Below, in pieces: positions 11,480 to 22,945 of a stretch of DNA of 31,815 nt. The DNA is taken from contig NW_021832161.1 in the NCBI RefSeq assembly GCF_006345805.1, positions 1 through 31,815 of the forward strand, given 5' to 3'. Source of the stretch: Octopus sinensis. Taxonomy: Eukaryota. Position 1 is the first letter of the stretch. Each line of letters starts with the position of its first letter. The position numbers and the translations under genes are program-made. A model generated the notes under the pieces. The model ran no database searches, was not told where the DNA came from, and saw only the letters and a program-made list of their open reading frames with translations.

Positions 11480-12615
11480 TCGGAAAACACTTCTTGCATG
11501 TCTCACTCTTCTTTCTACCAGAATCTCCTGCAGGCTGCAATCGATGATTGGCTCTTCTCAAAAGTAACGATAAAATTTAGCACCTTCATTTATCTACACC
11601 GTAAAATGAAACAACGAAGACGATATATTAAAAAATGCGAAAGGAAAACCATTAATCCATCCGGTTTCCATAAAATTCGCTACTGTAAAACTTTATAAGA
11701 TGTCTGTACAGTATCAAATTCATCTTGTATAAACCTACCACGCCCTAACTTATCATAAATGAAGACCAAATGTATTGGGCTAAGCTTGTGAAACAGACTC
11801 AGCGAGTTTGACGATATTCATCTGAATCTCTTTCAGAAACACATACCAAGGTTTGTAAGAGAACCTCTTAACCCTTTGCTTGCCCAAAGCATTTTCAAAC
11901 GTTTGTTGAAGTCTTGATTTTAGACTTTTAGCCCTTGTTTCATAGGTTCTAAGTAATATAAAGCTTTCGTATCATAAGTCACAAGTTATTTTGCTGGTTG
12001 AAAAGATAACTGGGAAATGGGAATCACATATGAAGCGTATATGATGTCAAGAAAATATGTCATGTGTGTCACACGTGATGATGCAGAAGACAGGCAAAGG
12101 GTTAAGTCACCTCCTGGAAAATGTCAACGAAATATCATTATTGCATCATTTGATGTAGTAAAGATGCATGTTAACATCTCATCAGGACTTTGCTTTAGAA
12201 TCCATAGAATTCTGGTTTGAAAAATTCTCCGATGAAATTCCTCGCCAAACAGTGAAAAGATTAATTACCGAAGGAATAAAATCCATCCTGAAAAATAAGT
12301 TTTTCAACTTCCCCGACTGCATTTCCCCGGTTTATGCCAATTTAGTCATGACATATTTAGAAATACATATATATGAACAATCAATGCTAAAGTTCGGCAT
12401 CAGCGTTCACACATATCTGTTAAAACATCGGCTGCCTCATTCTGTAGACTCGTGGTCTGAACGAAATTATTTCAGACACCTCATGAAATACTATAAACAA
12501 TAATACACAGTTCCTCATAGGATACTGTCGAAACCAAAACTATTAAAGGATATTTTAATAAAAAGAAGGTCACAACATTAAATTAGACATCCACGACAAA
12601 CTGGCAGACTCTAAT
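11480..12615 (+). mobile_element. Penelope-like element reverse transcriptase remnant (frameshifted)
   Basis: Across frames: HKI..K*RPNVLG*ACET (cf. KLRPIVAGP.CET), KHIPRFVR, IIIASFDVVKMHVNI, ESIEFWFEK, ILKNKFFNF, SPVYANLVMTYLE, CLIL*, DILIKKEG..LDIH. All in the order expected for a PLE RT. Confidence 0.8.
11872..12101. mobile_element. piggyBac-type MITE (230 bp) inserted in the PLE RT
   Basis: TTAA|CCCTTTGC...GCAAAGGG|TTAA. TSDs at 11868-11871 and 12102-12105. Removal brings adjacent RT motifs together. Confidence 0.75.
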
Positions 12616-13279
12616 AAATGCATAACAATTAACGCTTGCCACTCAGACCAAATTATAGGCAACAAAAAGAGACCCTAATACCGGACAGATTCCACTAAGT
12701 GAAACATATGTGATGGAAGAGTTATGGAAGAGATATAAATGGACAGAAGGAGAACAACAATGAGAACAAGAAATGAGAGAGAGAGAGAGAAAGAAAGAGG
12801 AGGTTGATAATGTTGTTGGTGCTGTTTTTCTCAAAGACGGTGCCCAGCTAACCCTACGATAGTGTGTAATCAACAAAATCAAAACCAAACAATGCGCATG
12901 CGCGAAATTTAAAATATATTATGACGACAATTTACCCATTGCACTCTGTATATATACGCAAATACACACACATATGTACGCCCTATGGATGTGTATGGGT
13001 GAGTGCATATATATATGTATGTGTTTGAGGATGTTATCGAGACCTTTGTATGGAATATACTCTCAAAACCAATTCGTTTTCCCATGTATTTGGACACAAA
13101 ATGTTTCATTCTTCAGCTGAAGGCTCCCTGATATTGCTGCCAGGAATCAAATTTGGTAAATAATTATAAGACACGACTGATAAAACAACTTATCTCCGTT
13201 CATCAAAAACCGTTGTCTTCCCCCAGCTTTCAATATGGCGACATTTATATCGCTACTTAAGGGATTAACGTACCCTCTC

Positions 13280-14397
13280 CCCTTTTCATTTGTGGTTGAT
13301 AATGTTGTTATTGTTGACGTTGTTGTTGTTGTTATTGTTGCTATTGTTGTTTTTGTTGTTGTAGTGGAAGTGAGCGCAGTGGCTGTGGTCGTATGTAGTA
13401 TTTACTTCCGATTTGGAGATTGTTGTAGATGTTTTTACGACCGGTTCTCTTCTTATTTTCTTTGTTACAATTGCAATTCTATTTTAATTACGTTATTATA
13501 ATCGTATAAGTTATCGTTGTTGTTCTTGGTGGTGGGTTCGTGTTTGTTGTAGTTGTTGTTGTTGATGATGATGATGAGGTTGATTGTGATGCTGGTGATG
13601 ATGATGATGTTGTTGGTGTTGCTTCTCATTTTGCTGTTGTTGTTGTTGATGCTAGTATTACTGTTGTTGTTGTTGTTAGTGGTGGTGGTCATGGCGATGC
13701 TGATCTGATAGTGGTGACAATGACGGCGCTGACGGTGGTGGAGATGCTGTTGATTTTAATATTTTTGGCGTAGTTGATGATGTTGATGCTATTATTATTT
13801 GTGGTGGTGGTGGCGGTGCTGGTGCTGGTGGTTATAGTGCTGGAGGTGGCGGTGGTGATGTTGGGGATGGGGATGGGGATGATGCTGGCGGTGGCTGCGG
13901 TGATGCTGCTGCTGGTGGTGGTGGTAGTGGTGGTGGTGGTGGTAGTGGTGCTGGCGGTGGCTGCGGTGATGTTGCTGGTGGTGGGGGTGGTGGTAGTGGT
14001 GGTGGTGGTGGTGGTGGTAGTGGTGGTGGCTGCGGTGGTGTCGGGGATGGTGATGGAACTGGAGGTGATGACGGTGGTGGTGTTGATGTTGCTGGTGGTG
14101 GTGGTGGTGGTGGTAGTGTTGGTGCTGATGATGATGGTGCTGGTGCTGGTGATGATGGTGCTTGTGGTGGCTGCGGTGATGTCAGGGATGGTGATGGTAC
14201 CGGAGGCGATGACGGTGGCGGTGGTACTGGAGGTGATGACGGTAGTGGTGGTGGTAGTGGTGGTGGTGGTGGTGCTAGTAGTGGTGGTACTGGCAGCGGT
14301 GATGCTGGGGATGTGATGGTGCTGGCGGCGGCGGCGGCAGCGGTGGTGGTGGTGGTGGTGGTGGTAGTGGTGGTGGTGGTAGTGGTGGTGGTGGTGA
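13280..14397. repeat. cryptic (GTT/GAT)n then (GGT)n trinucleotide repeat with internal higher-order duplications
   Basis: Direct reading; GGCTGCGGTGATG recurs. Confidence 0.9.
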
Positions 14398-14448
14398 TTT
14401 AAGGATAGCGATTGTTCTTGTTCTTATAAGTGTGGAATGGTAAATGTG

Positions 14449-14479
<31 letters not shown>

Positions 14480-14599
14480 ATATACGTTATATATCAGTGA
14501 ATCGAACCTGCGCCATTCGTTTTCACATTTTATTCCATTTGAAATCTATTCATAGTCTGAGATCCTAAGTATATAAACTTACATGTCTACACGAAAGAC

Positions 14600-14850
14600 C
14601 ACCAGTTACCACCAGTTACCACCACCACCACCACCACCACTACAACTACCATCTACACTACCAGTACAATCACCACCACCACCACCACCACCACCACCAC
14701 CACAACTACTACTATTATTACCGCTGCACCACCATCATCGCTACATAACCAATACAACGCCATCATCAATCCTACCATCACAACCATCCCGGCCACTACT
14801 ACCACCACCACCACTAGAACTATCATAACCACCACCAACACCACCGCCTG
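14600..14850. repeat. (ACC)n-rich cryptic repeat
   Basis: Direct reading. Confidence 0.9.
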
Positions 14851-15129
14851 TCCTGCCTTCGTTCTATTCCATTCGCTATCTATAAATGATTAACTGTGTC
14901 GGCTATCTTATGGTACATCCTTCTTGCTTGTTATCTCCCCTTAGACTTAACTTCTCCATCGCCCTAATCCAATATTGAATCCACGACGTCACTCAAAATG
15001 CTAAAACAATAAACAAAAACAAAAGAAAAGACATTCATAAAGAGTGTTAGTAGCATTAGTAGTAGTAGTAGTAGTAGTAGTAGAGATAGACAGGAATAAT
15101 GTGGGGGAATTGGAGAACGTAATTATTTT

Positions 15130-15507
15130 AATAATGGAGATAAGGTAATAGACTGGATGAGAGGGAGGAAGAGAGGGGTATATAGAGAGAAGTAGAGAGA
15201 GAGTGGGAGAGGTAGAGAGTAAAGTGAAGTGAGAAAGAGAGATAGGTAAAGAGGGGGAAGTGCCGTGAAGGTTATAGAAACTCGGTAGCAGATATGGAAG
15301 ATATACAAATGAACAGAACGAGAACAATGAAAAAGGAGAGAGAGAGAGAGAGAAAAAAAAGAGGGAGAGAAGGAGAGATATAGTGAGAGAGAAAATTGAG
15401 AAAGAGATAGTAAAGCGAGAGAGGGAAAGCACTGAGGAGGTTATAGAAACTCGGTAGCAGATATGGAAGAGATATAAATGGACAGAACAACAATGACAAC
15501 AAGAAAT

Positions 15508-15545
<38 letters not shown>

Positions 15546-15640
15546 GAGGGAGAGAGAGAAAGAGAGAGAGAGGGAGTGAGAGAAAGAGAGAGAAAGAGAG
15601 AGAGAGGGAGTGAGAGAAAGAGAGAGAAAGAGCGAGGAGG
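15130..15640. repeat. (GA)n-rich purine tract with a duplicated ~70-bp motif
   Basis: AGGTTATAGAAACTCGGTAGCAGATATGGAAGA at 15269 and 15438; related motif at 12724. Confidence 0.8.
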
Positions 15641-15654
15641 GTAATGTACGAGTT

Positions 15655-15770
15655 TTTCATTGGTTTCTGCCGTTTGACTGCGGCCATACTGGAGCATATC
15701 TTTTAAGACATCTTTTAAGAGGTTTTAATCGAACATAGCGATCCACCGTCGGTGCTTATTCTCGTCTGGT
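15655..15770 (-). mobile_element. SINE family A-like 3' tail fragment
   Basis: TTTGACTGCGGCCATACTGGAGCA. Confidence 0.6.
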
Positions 15771-16261
15771 ATTTTATCTTTAATCTTAATCTATCTCGTC
15801 TCTCACGCGAGCATTCTCGATATTTCGTTGTTCATTCATTACTCTACACCGTAGAGAAATTATTCCATTGTTTGTAATATTATTTCTCATTTAACATAGT
15901 TTTTTTATCTTCCGGAATTCTTCATGTCATGATTGAAACAATTTCCTTTTTCCATACTATTAAGAGTAGATTATAAAGTAAACCATAATAAAATGAATAT
16001 GAATTTTAATTAAACACTTTGGTAGAATGAACTGAAAACAAAGAAGCATAGTGTGTACAGAAGAGCTGCTGAAATCGAACCTCGCATCTGTCGTAATCTA
16101 AATAACACGGTTCCTCTACTTAGACTGGGGTCCATAATGTATTACAACGCAAGCTACTTGATAAGCTGCAACAACGGCGAAATTCATCTCAGTCACTCTC
16201 GCGGTCACTTCTGTAGCGATTTCGTTTCGCCTAGCTCCGGAGTATATATATATATATATAA

Positions 16262-16545
16262 ACACCTAAAGCTCCACGAGGTTCCGGCAGGGGATGGTGG
16301 TGATCCCTGCTGTACTCTTTCACCACAACTTTCACTCACTCTTACTTCCTGTTTCTGTTGTACCTGTATTTCAAAGGGCCGGCCTTGTCACTCTCTGTGT
16401 CACGCTGAATATCCCCGAGAACTACGTTAAGGGTGCACGTGTCTGTGGAGTGCTCAGCCACTTACACGTTAATTTCACGAGCAGGCTGTTCCGTTGATTC
16501 GGATCAACCGGAACCCTCATCGTCGTAACCGACGGAGTGCTTCTA
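16262..16545 (+). mobile_element. SINE family D, 5'-truncated (abundant octopus-type SINE)
   Basis: CACCTAAAGCTCCACGAGG..GTGGAGTGCTCAGCCACTTACACGTTAATTTCACGAGCAGGCTG..GTAACCGACGGAGTGC, recognised from memory. The tRNA-like head is absent; flanked by (TA)n. Confidence 0.7.
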
Positions 16546-16589
16546 TCTACTATATATATATATATATTTGATACAAATCGTCTATAATG

Positions 16590-16863
16590 ATATTTCCTGA
16601 AAGAAAACTGCAGCTTCTGGATTTTGAACTACACACATACATTACGAATGGATGCTGAAAAGTTACTGATTTTGGAAGTACCACCAAAGGCTTGATTAGA
16701 GGCCCAACATTCCGAGTTCTTTTCCAGGGCTTAGAAAAACCAAAGGACTGCTGCAATAAATGTGTGACTCTGAGAGGGAAATACGTTGGATAAAATCATA
16801 ATTAACTGATCCTCCTCTATTTTCTTTTACCCAAAACCAGGAACTTTTCAGCGCCCCTTTGTA
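16590..16863 (+). mobile_element. mariner-type transposon 3' fragment with right TIR
   Basis: A*LEAQHSEFFS / GLEKPKDCCNKCVTLRGKYVG* matches the mariner C-terminus (F..GI.KL..RW.KC...G.YVE). TIR-like end ACTTTTCAGCGCCCCTTTGTA. Confidence 0.65.
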
Positions 16864-17009
16864 TGTTACAATGCTAAAGTTTCACCCTAAATCCGCTTCT
16901 ATGAAATAGTTTCTATTTTTATTTTTTTATGTTTCATTATCTCATCTAAGTTTTTTTTATCTATTTATTTCCTTGCCTCATCTAGGACACGAGAATCTTT
17001 GTTATTTTG

Positions 17010-17120
17010 TTGCTCCATAAGCGTGGGAGAAAAATGCTTAGTGGCATTTCTCCCAGTTCTTTACACTCTCTGTTCAAATCTCCTCCGAGATCGACTTTGC
17101 ATTTCAGGGTTCATAAAATT
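17010..17120 (+). mobile_element. SINE family B fragment
   Basis: GTTCAAATCTCCTCCGAGATCGACTTTGCATTTCA. Confidence 0.55.
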
Positions 17121-17149
17121 AATGTGTGTGTGTGTGGTGGTGTGTGTGT

Positions 17150-17360
17150 GTGTGTTTGTTTGCTACTACCGTGTGACAACCAGTGTTGGTGTGTTTACGT
17201 CACTGTAAATCAACGGTTCGGAGCAAGAGACCGATAGAATAAGTACCAGGCTTAAACAAAACCTACTGGAGGTCGATTCATTCGACGAAAATACTTCAAG
17301 GCGGTGTCCCATCATGGCTGCAGTCGAATGAATGAAACAAAAGCTAAAGATACAAGATAA
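17150..17360 (+). mobile_element. SINE family A, 3' half
   Basis: GGTGTGTTTACGTC..GAGACCGATAGAATAAGTACCAGG..AAGGCGGTGTCCCATCATGGCTGCAGTC..TGAAAC. Confidence 0.8.
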
Positions 17361-17380
17361 ATTGTTACCATGAAAATCTA

Positions 17381-18070
17381 TTTATTAATTGATGATCTCC
17401 ACTGTGACAGGTTCGACCACAAATCTCTCAGAGAGCGATCGATACTTTGACAGTTTGCCTTTCTCAGCCCGAGGAGCATCGGAGCCCGGGCTGGTGGATG
17501 AACACACAAGGTTGCCGCTGGAGAAAGTGTCACATCATGTTATATCTCAGATGAGGGGCATACCGCCTCGGCCCGGAAAAATTGTCATACCGTCAGGCTT
17601 TTACTATCCTTTCGGTCTAACCCCACTGGCTTGACCTGTAAGAGGAACCCCGTGGCGTCTAGGCCATACTGTTTATTAACTGATGGTCTCCACTGTCAAA
17701 GGTTCGACCACAACCCTGTCGGAGAGCGACCGATACTTCGGCAGTTTGCCATTCTCAACCTGAGGAGCATCGGAACCCGGGCTGGTGGATGAATATACCA
17801 GGTTGCCGCTGGAGAGGGTATCATATTATGTTATATCCCAGATGAGAGGCATACCACCGCGGCCCCGAAAAATTGTCGTACCGTCAGACCTTTAGCATCC
17901 CTTCGGTCTAACCCCACTGGCTTGAGCTGGAAAGGGAACCCCGCGGCGTCTAGGCCACACTTTATAATTTCGTTAAGGGCCGCATGGCGTGGAGGGCGGC
18001 CAGTACTATAACTGATGATGGGTTGACTACCAATAATCGTCGACTGTGCTAAACTGTTAGACCACTCACG
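17381..18070 (-). mobile_element. CRE-clade (restriction-like endonuclease) non-LTR retrotransposon C-terminal fragment, with a 291-bp tandem duplication
   Basis: Minus-strand RHAALNEII..GLDAAGF..PVGLDR.D.K.PDG.TIF...G..LIWD...DT.S..N...S..PGS.A...E.GKL.KYRSLS.R.VVEP..VET. Copies at 17381-17671 and 17672-17962. Confidence 0.8.
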
Positions 18071-18096
18071 TAGATGATTTGGTTAAAATGGTGAAT

Positions 18097-18300
18097 AAGG
18101 CAGCGAGCTAGCAGAATCATCAGCATGCTGGACAAACTGCTTAGCAGCATTCTTTGCGGTTTTACGTTCTGAGTTCAAATTCCACCAAGGTAGACTTTAT
18201 CTTTCATTCCTTCGAGTTCGATAAAATAAGCACCAATCAACTAGTGGAAACGATGTAATCGATTAATCTCTCCTCCAAAATTTCAGGCTTTGTGGTTATA
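18097..18300 (+). mobile_element. SINE family B
   Basis: AAGGCAGCGAGCTAGCAGAATC..GAGTTCAAATTCC..GATAAAATAAG. Confidence 0.8.
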
Positions 18301-18329
18301 AAGGATTATAGTGGTGAAGGTTTATGTAA

Positions 18330-18520
18330 GGTCAGCCATTTTTTGCTGAAGAACAGATAGCAAAACATGGAGCATAGTGAACTGCGACTACAGCACCAAG
18401 CAATTCTCAGGTTTTGTATCGCGGAAACCGCAGAGAAAGAAGCCATATTGAGAAATGTGTGGAGTCCCATGTCCAGTTTCAAGTGATCTTACTAATGAAC
18501 GCGAACCCGGAATTTCTAAG
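18330..18520 (+). mobile_element. possible mariner transposase N-terminal remnant
   Basis: MEHSELRLQHQAILRFCI (ATG at 18367) and DLTNEREPG resemble mariner N-terminal motifs (..RAxIxFC.., xLxDExRxGRP). Confidence 0.4.
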
Positions 18521-19621
18521 TTCCTGTGTTATTGCTGTTTGTTCACCTACCCCTTTGAGAAGATTTTGTACTGTTGGGAGCTTTTAGCAATTCCCTTAAC
18601 CGAGGAGAGGGATTATTCGCAATGAACACACACACACACACACACACAACACACCACACATATATATATATACAAATACATGTATACACACGCACTATAT
18701 GAATACATACATACATATATACATGTATGTAAATATATAAGTGTCTATATATATGTATATATGTATTTACATACATATATATATATATGTATATATATAT
18801 ACATATATATATGTATATGTATATACATACATATGTGTGTGGGCGCGTGTATAATGTCAGTGATGCATATTGTAAGAAGCAATACTATAAAGTATGAGGT
18901 AGATTGACCGGGAAGAAGGAGAGGAAGCCGAGGTGGAGAAAAAGAGATAGAAGAGAGTGAGGTAGAGGAACAGACGGTACAGTGAAAAAAAAAATCTCTG
19001 ATTAACGTTCTTCGGTTTTGTTTAAAGCCATGTCTGTTTAAATCTTTGCTCCTACAAAACACTTCTCCAAATTGTACAAAAACATACACAAACACACACA
19101 CATATACACACGAACAGAGGCACACATATATATAAATTTAAAAACAAATGAAAGAGAACACCAATATGGTGATCGTTACAAACACAACAGCCGCCATATT
19201 TGTTTTGGTTTTCGCGTTGTTTTGTCCTCACATCCAATTACTTAATATCACATATTTCAAGAAGATGTATATGTATATAATATTTTTGTTGGTACGGTAG
19301 AAATATATATGTACGCCAAGATACATAAATACATATATATATATATTATATATATATATGTGTGTGTATGTATAAGTGCACACTGATTATTGTGTGTTTA
19401 TGTGTTGTATGTATATGTATGTGTAGCAGTGTATGTTTGTTATTCGAGGTTTTTGTTTGCGTGATCAAAAAGACATTCATATTTCTTTATAAGTATATCT
19501 TCAAAGTAAGCATAAATATTATCTATAATCTGTCCTGCAGCAGTATTCACGCACTTACAGACAGAGCCAGACAGACGGTTTTACAGAAATACATGCCCAC
19601 CACACACACACAAACACACAC

Positions 19622-19683
<62 letters not shown>

Positions 19684-19839
19684 CATAGTAGTGTGTGCTA
19701 GCGCACGTGAGTGTACGTACGTATATAACTATGCAAGCATACATACGAATGGTATCAGAAATTTCATAGCGTGCCTAAAAAATTGTCCCCCTATAAATAA
19801 TGTATTTCATATAGTACGTATATTCATGAATGTATATAT

Positions 19840-19887
19840 GTAGTATGTAGTATGTATGTATGTATGTTGTATGTATGTATGTATATA

Positions 19888-19938
<51 letters not shown>

Positions 19939-19970
19939 TATATAATATATATATATATATATTATATATT
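19840..19970. repeat. (TATG)n/(TA)n flank of the tandem array
   Basis: Direct reading. Confidence 0.95.
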
Positions 19971-20154
19971 TTATATAAAAGGGCTTAGTAAAAAAATTAC
20001 TTTGCCGCATACTGAACTCATTAGAAATAGTAGCTAAAAAAACTTTTTTAAAACTATTTCTAATACTAAAGAAAAACTCTCTCATATAGCGTTTGCTCAA
20101 TTCAACTCACAAAAGTATGGGGGTAAGACATTAAAAAATCAAATGCAAAGGTTA

Positions 20155-20206
20155 TGAGAACGTACGTTTCAAGATTAGTCAACTCGACATTTCTATCATC
20201 AGCTCA
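20155..20206 (-). ncRNA. type I hammerhead-like motif, unit 1
   Basis: UGAG-CUGAUGA-[stem II]-GAAA-CGUACG-UU/CUCA. Confidence 0.6.
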
Positions 20207-20709
20207 GAACTCCTTGGTTTGGATTTGAAAACACTGAAGTGGAGCATACCCTTTCGGCTTCTTATCGCTTCTGAAGATCTGCTCGAAACTAACAGTGCCA
20301 GCAAACTCAAATATGCAAGCGAAGAATTTCTGCTCTCCCCTTTCCACCAGCGTGGGTTAAAATCAGTAAAACATGCTGTTTTTCGGTAAAATCCGAGGCA
20401 TTAAATAGAGAGAGATGAATTATAATTTCAACAATTGAGGGTAAAATTAATTAATTATTAATCAATTTCACCAAGTATTCAGTATGCAAAGGGACCATTT
20501 AAGGCGAATTCAAATTATTACGTTATATAAAAGGGCTTAGTAAAATAAATTACTTTGCCGCATACTGAACTCATTAGAAATAGTAGCTAAAAAAACTTTT
20601 TTAAAACTATTTAATACTTAAAGAAAACCTCTCTCATATAGCGTTTGCTCAATTCAACTCACAAAAGTATGGGGGTAAAGACATTAAAAAATCAAATGCA
20701 AAGGTTATT

Positions 20710-20761
20710 TGAGAACGTACGTTTCAAGATTAGTCAACTCGACATTTCTATCATCAGCTCA
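20710..20761 (-). ncRNA. type I hammerhead-like motif, unit 2
   Basis: Minus strand: UGAG CUGAUGA UAGA-AAU-GUC-GAGUU-GAC-UAA-UCUU GAAA CGUACG UU CUCA. Predicted cut lies between plus-strand 20713 and 20714. Confidence 0.6.
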
Positions 20762-21267
20762 GAACTCCTTGGTTTGGATTTGAAAACACTGAAGTGGGAG
20801 CATACCCTTTCGGCTTCTTATCGCTTCTGAAGATCTGCTCGAAACTAACAGTGCCAGCAAACTCAAATATGCAAGCGAAGAATTTCTGCTCTCCCCTTTC
20901 CACCAGCGTGGGTTAAAATCAGTAAACACTATGCTTTTTTCGGTAAAATCCGAGGCATTAAATAGAGAGAGATGAATTATAATTTCAACAATTGAGGGTA
21001 AAATAATTAATTATTAATCAATTTCACCAAGTATTCAGTATGCAAAGGGACCATTTAAGGCGAATTCAAATTATTACGTTATATAAAAGGGCTTAGTAAA
21101 ATAAATTACTTTGCCGCATACTGAACTCATTAGAAATAGTAGCTAAAAAAACTTTTTTAAAACTATTTCTAATACTTAAAGAAAACCTCTCTCATATAGC
21201 GTTTGCTCAATTCAACTCACAAAAGTATGGGGGTAAAGACATTAAAAAATCAAATGCAAAGGTTATT

Positions 21268-21319
21268 TGAGAACGTACGTTTCAAGATTAGTCAACTCGA
21301 CATTTCTATCATCAGCTCA
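21268..21319 (-). ncRNA. type I hammerhead-like motif, unit 3
   Basis: Identical to unit 2. Confidence 0.6.
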
Positions 21320-21828
21320 GAACTCCTTGGTTTGGATTTGAAAACACTGAAAGTGGGAGCATACCCTTTCGGCTTCTTATCGCTTCTGAAGATCTGCTCG
21401 AAACTAACAGTGCCAGCAAACTCAAATATGCAAGCGAAGAATTTTTCTGCTCTCCCCTTTCCACCAGCGTGGGTTAAAATCAGTAAACACTATGCTTTTT
21501 TCGGTAAAATCCGAGGCATTAAATAGAGAGAGATGAATTATAATTTCAACAATTGAGGGTAAAATTAATTAATTATTAATCAATTTCACCAAGTATTCAG
21601 TATGCAAAGGGACCATTTAAGGCGAATTCAAATTATTACGTTATATAAAAGGGCTTAGTAAAATAAATTACTTTGCCGCATACTGAACTCATTAGAAATA
21701 GTAGCTAAAAAAACTTTTTTAAAACTATTTCTAATACTTAAAGAAACCTCTCTCATATAGCGTTTGCTCAATTCAACTCACAAAAGTATGGGGGTAAAGA
21801 CATTAAAAAATCAAATGCAAAGGTTATT

Positions 21829-21880
21829 TGAGAACGTACGTTTCAAGATTAGTCAACTCGACATTTCTATCATCAGCTCA
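21829..21880 (-). ncRNA. type I hammerhead-like motif, unit 4
   Basis: Identical to unit 2. Confidence 0.6.
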
Positions 21881-22387
21881 GAACTCCTTGGTTTGGATTT
21901 GAAAACACTGAAAGTGGGAGCATACCCTTTCGGCTTCTTATCGCTTCTGAAGATCTGCTCGAAACTAACAGTGCCAGCAAACTCAAATATGCAAGCGAAG
22001 AATTTCTGCTCTCCCCTTTCCACCAGCGTGGGTTAAAATCAGTAAAAACTATGCTTTTTTCGGTAAAATCCGAGGCATTAAATAGAGAGAGATGAATTAT
22101 AATTTCAACAATTGAGGGTAAAATTAATTAATTATTAATCAATTTCACCAAGTATTCAGTATGCAAAGGGACCATTTAAGGCGAATTCAAATTATTACGT
22201 TATATAAAAGGGCTTAGTAAAATAAATTACTTTGCCGCATACTGAACTCATTAGAAATAGTAGCTAAAAAACTTTTTTAAAACTATTTCTAATACTTAAA
22301 GAAAACCTCTCTCATATAGCGTTTGCTCAATTCAACTCACAAAAGTATGGGGGTAAAGACATTAAAAAATCAAATGCAAAGGTTATT

Positions 22388-22439
22388 TGAGAACGTACGT
22401 TTCAAGATTAGTCAACTCGACATTTCTATCATCAGCTCA
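22388..22439 (-). ncRNA. type I hammerhead-like motif, unit 5
   Basis: Identical to unit 2. Confidence 0.6.
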
Positions 22440-22945
22440 GAACTCCTTGGTTTGGATTTGAAAACACTGAAAGTGGGAGCATACCCTTTCGGCTTCTTAT
22501 CGCTTCTGAAGATCTGCTCGAAACTAACAGTGCCAGCAAACTCAATATGCAAGCGAAGAATTTCTGCTCTCCCCTTTCCACCAGCGTGGGTTAAAATCAG
22601 TAAACACTATGCTTTTTTCGGTAAAATCCGAGGCATTAAATAGAGAGAGATGAATTATAATTTCAACAATTGAGGGTAAAATTAATTAATTATTAATCAA
22701 TTTCACCAAGTATTCAGTATGCAAAGGGACCATTTAAGGCGAATTCAAATTATTACGTTATATAAAAGGGCTTAGTAAAATAAATTACTTTGCCGCATAC
22801 TGAACTCATTAGAAATAGTAGCTAAAAAAACTTTTTTAAAACTATTTCTAATACTTAAAGAAAACCTCTCTCATATAGCGTTTGCTCAATTCAACTCACA
22901 AAAGTATGGGGGTAAAGACATTAAAAATCAAATGCAAAGGTTATT

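Noticed and set aside
13704-14402. Long stop-free Gly-rich frame and the Val-rich ORF
   Set aside because: GGT-type repeats are intrinsically stop-free; no start or splice context was seen.
16655-16690. KVTDFGST resembling a kinase DFG motif
   Set aside because: It lies inside a fragment better explained as a mariner C-terminus, and there is an in-frame stop immediately upstream.
17389-17634. Plus-strand ORF MMISTVTGST.. duplicated
   Set aside because: It is the antisense of the CRE-clade endonuclease; the second copy has stops in this frame.
20265-20305. Plus-strand CUGAAGA..GAAA in each array unit (possible second-polarity ribozyme, as in ambisense viroid-like RNAs)
   Set aside because: No stem II can form (UCUGCUC), position 17 is G (not NUH), and stem I does not pair.
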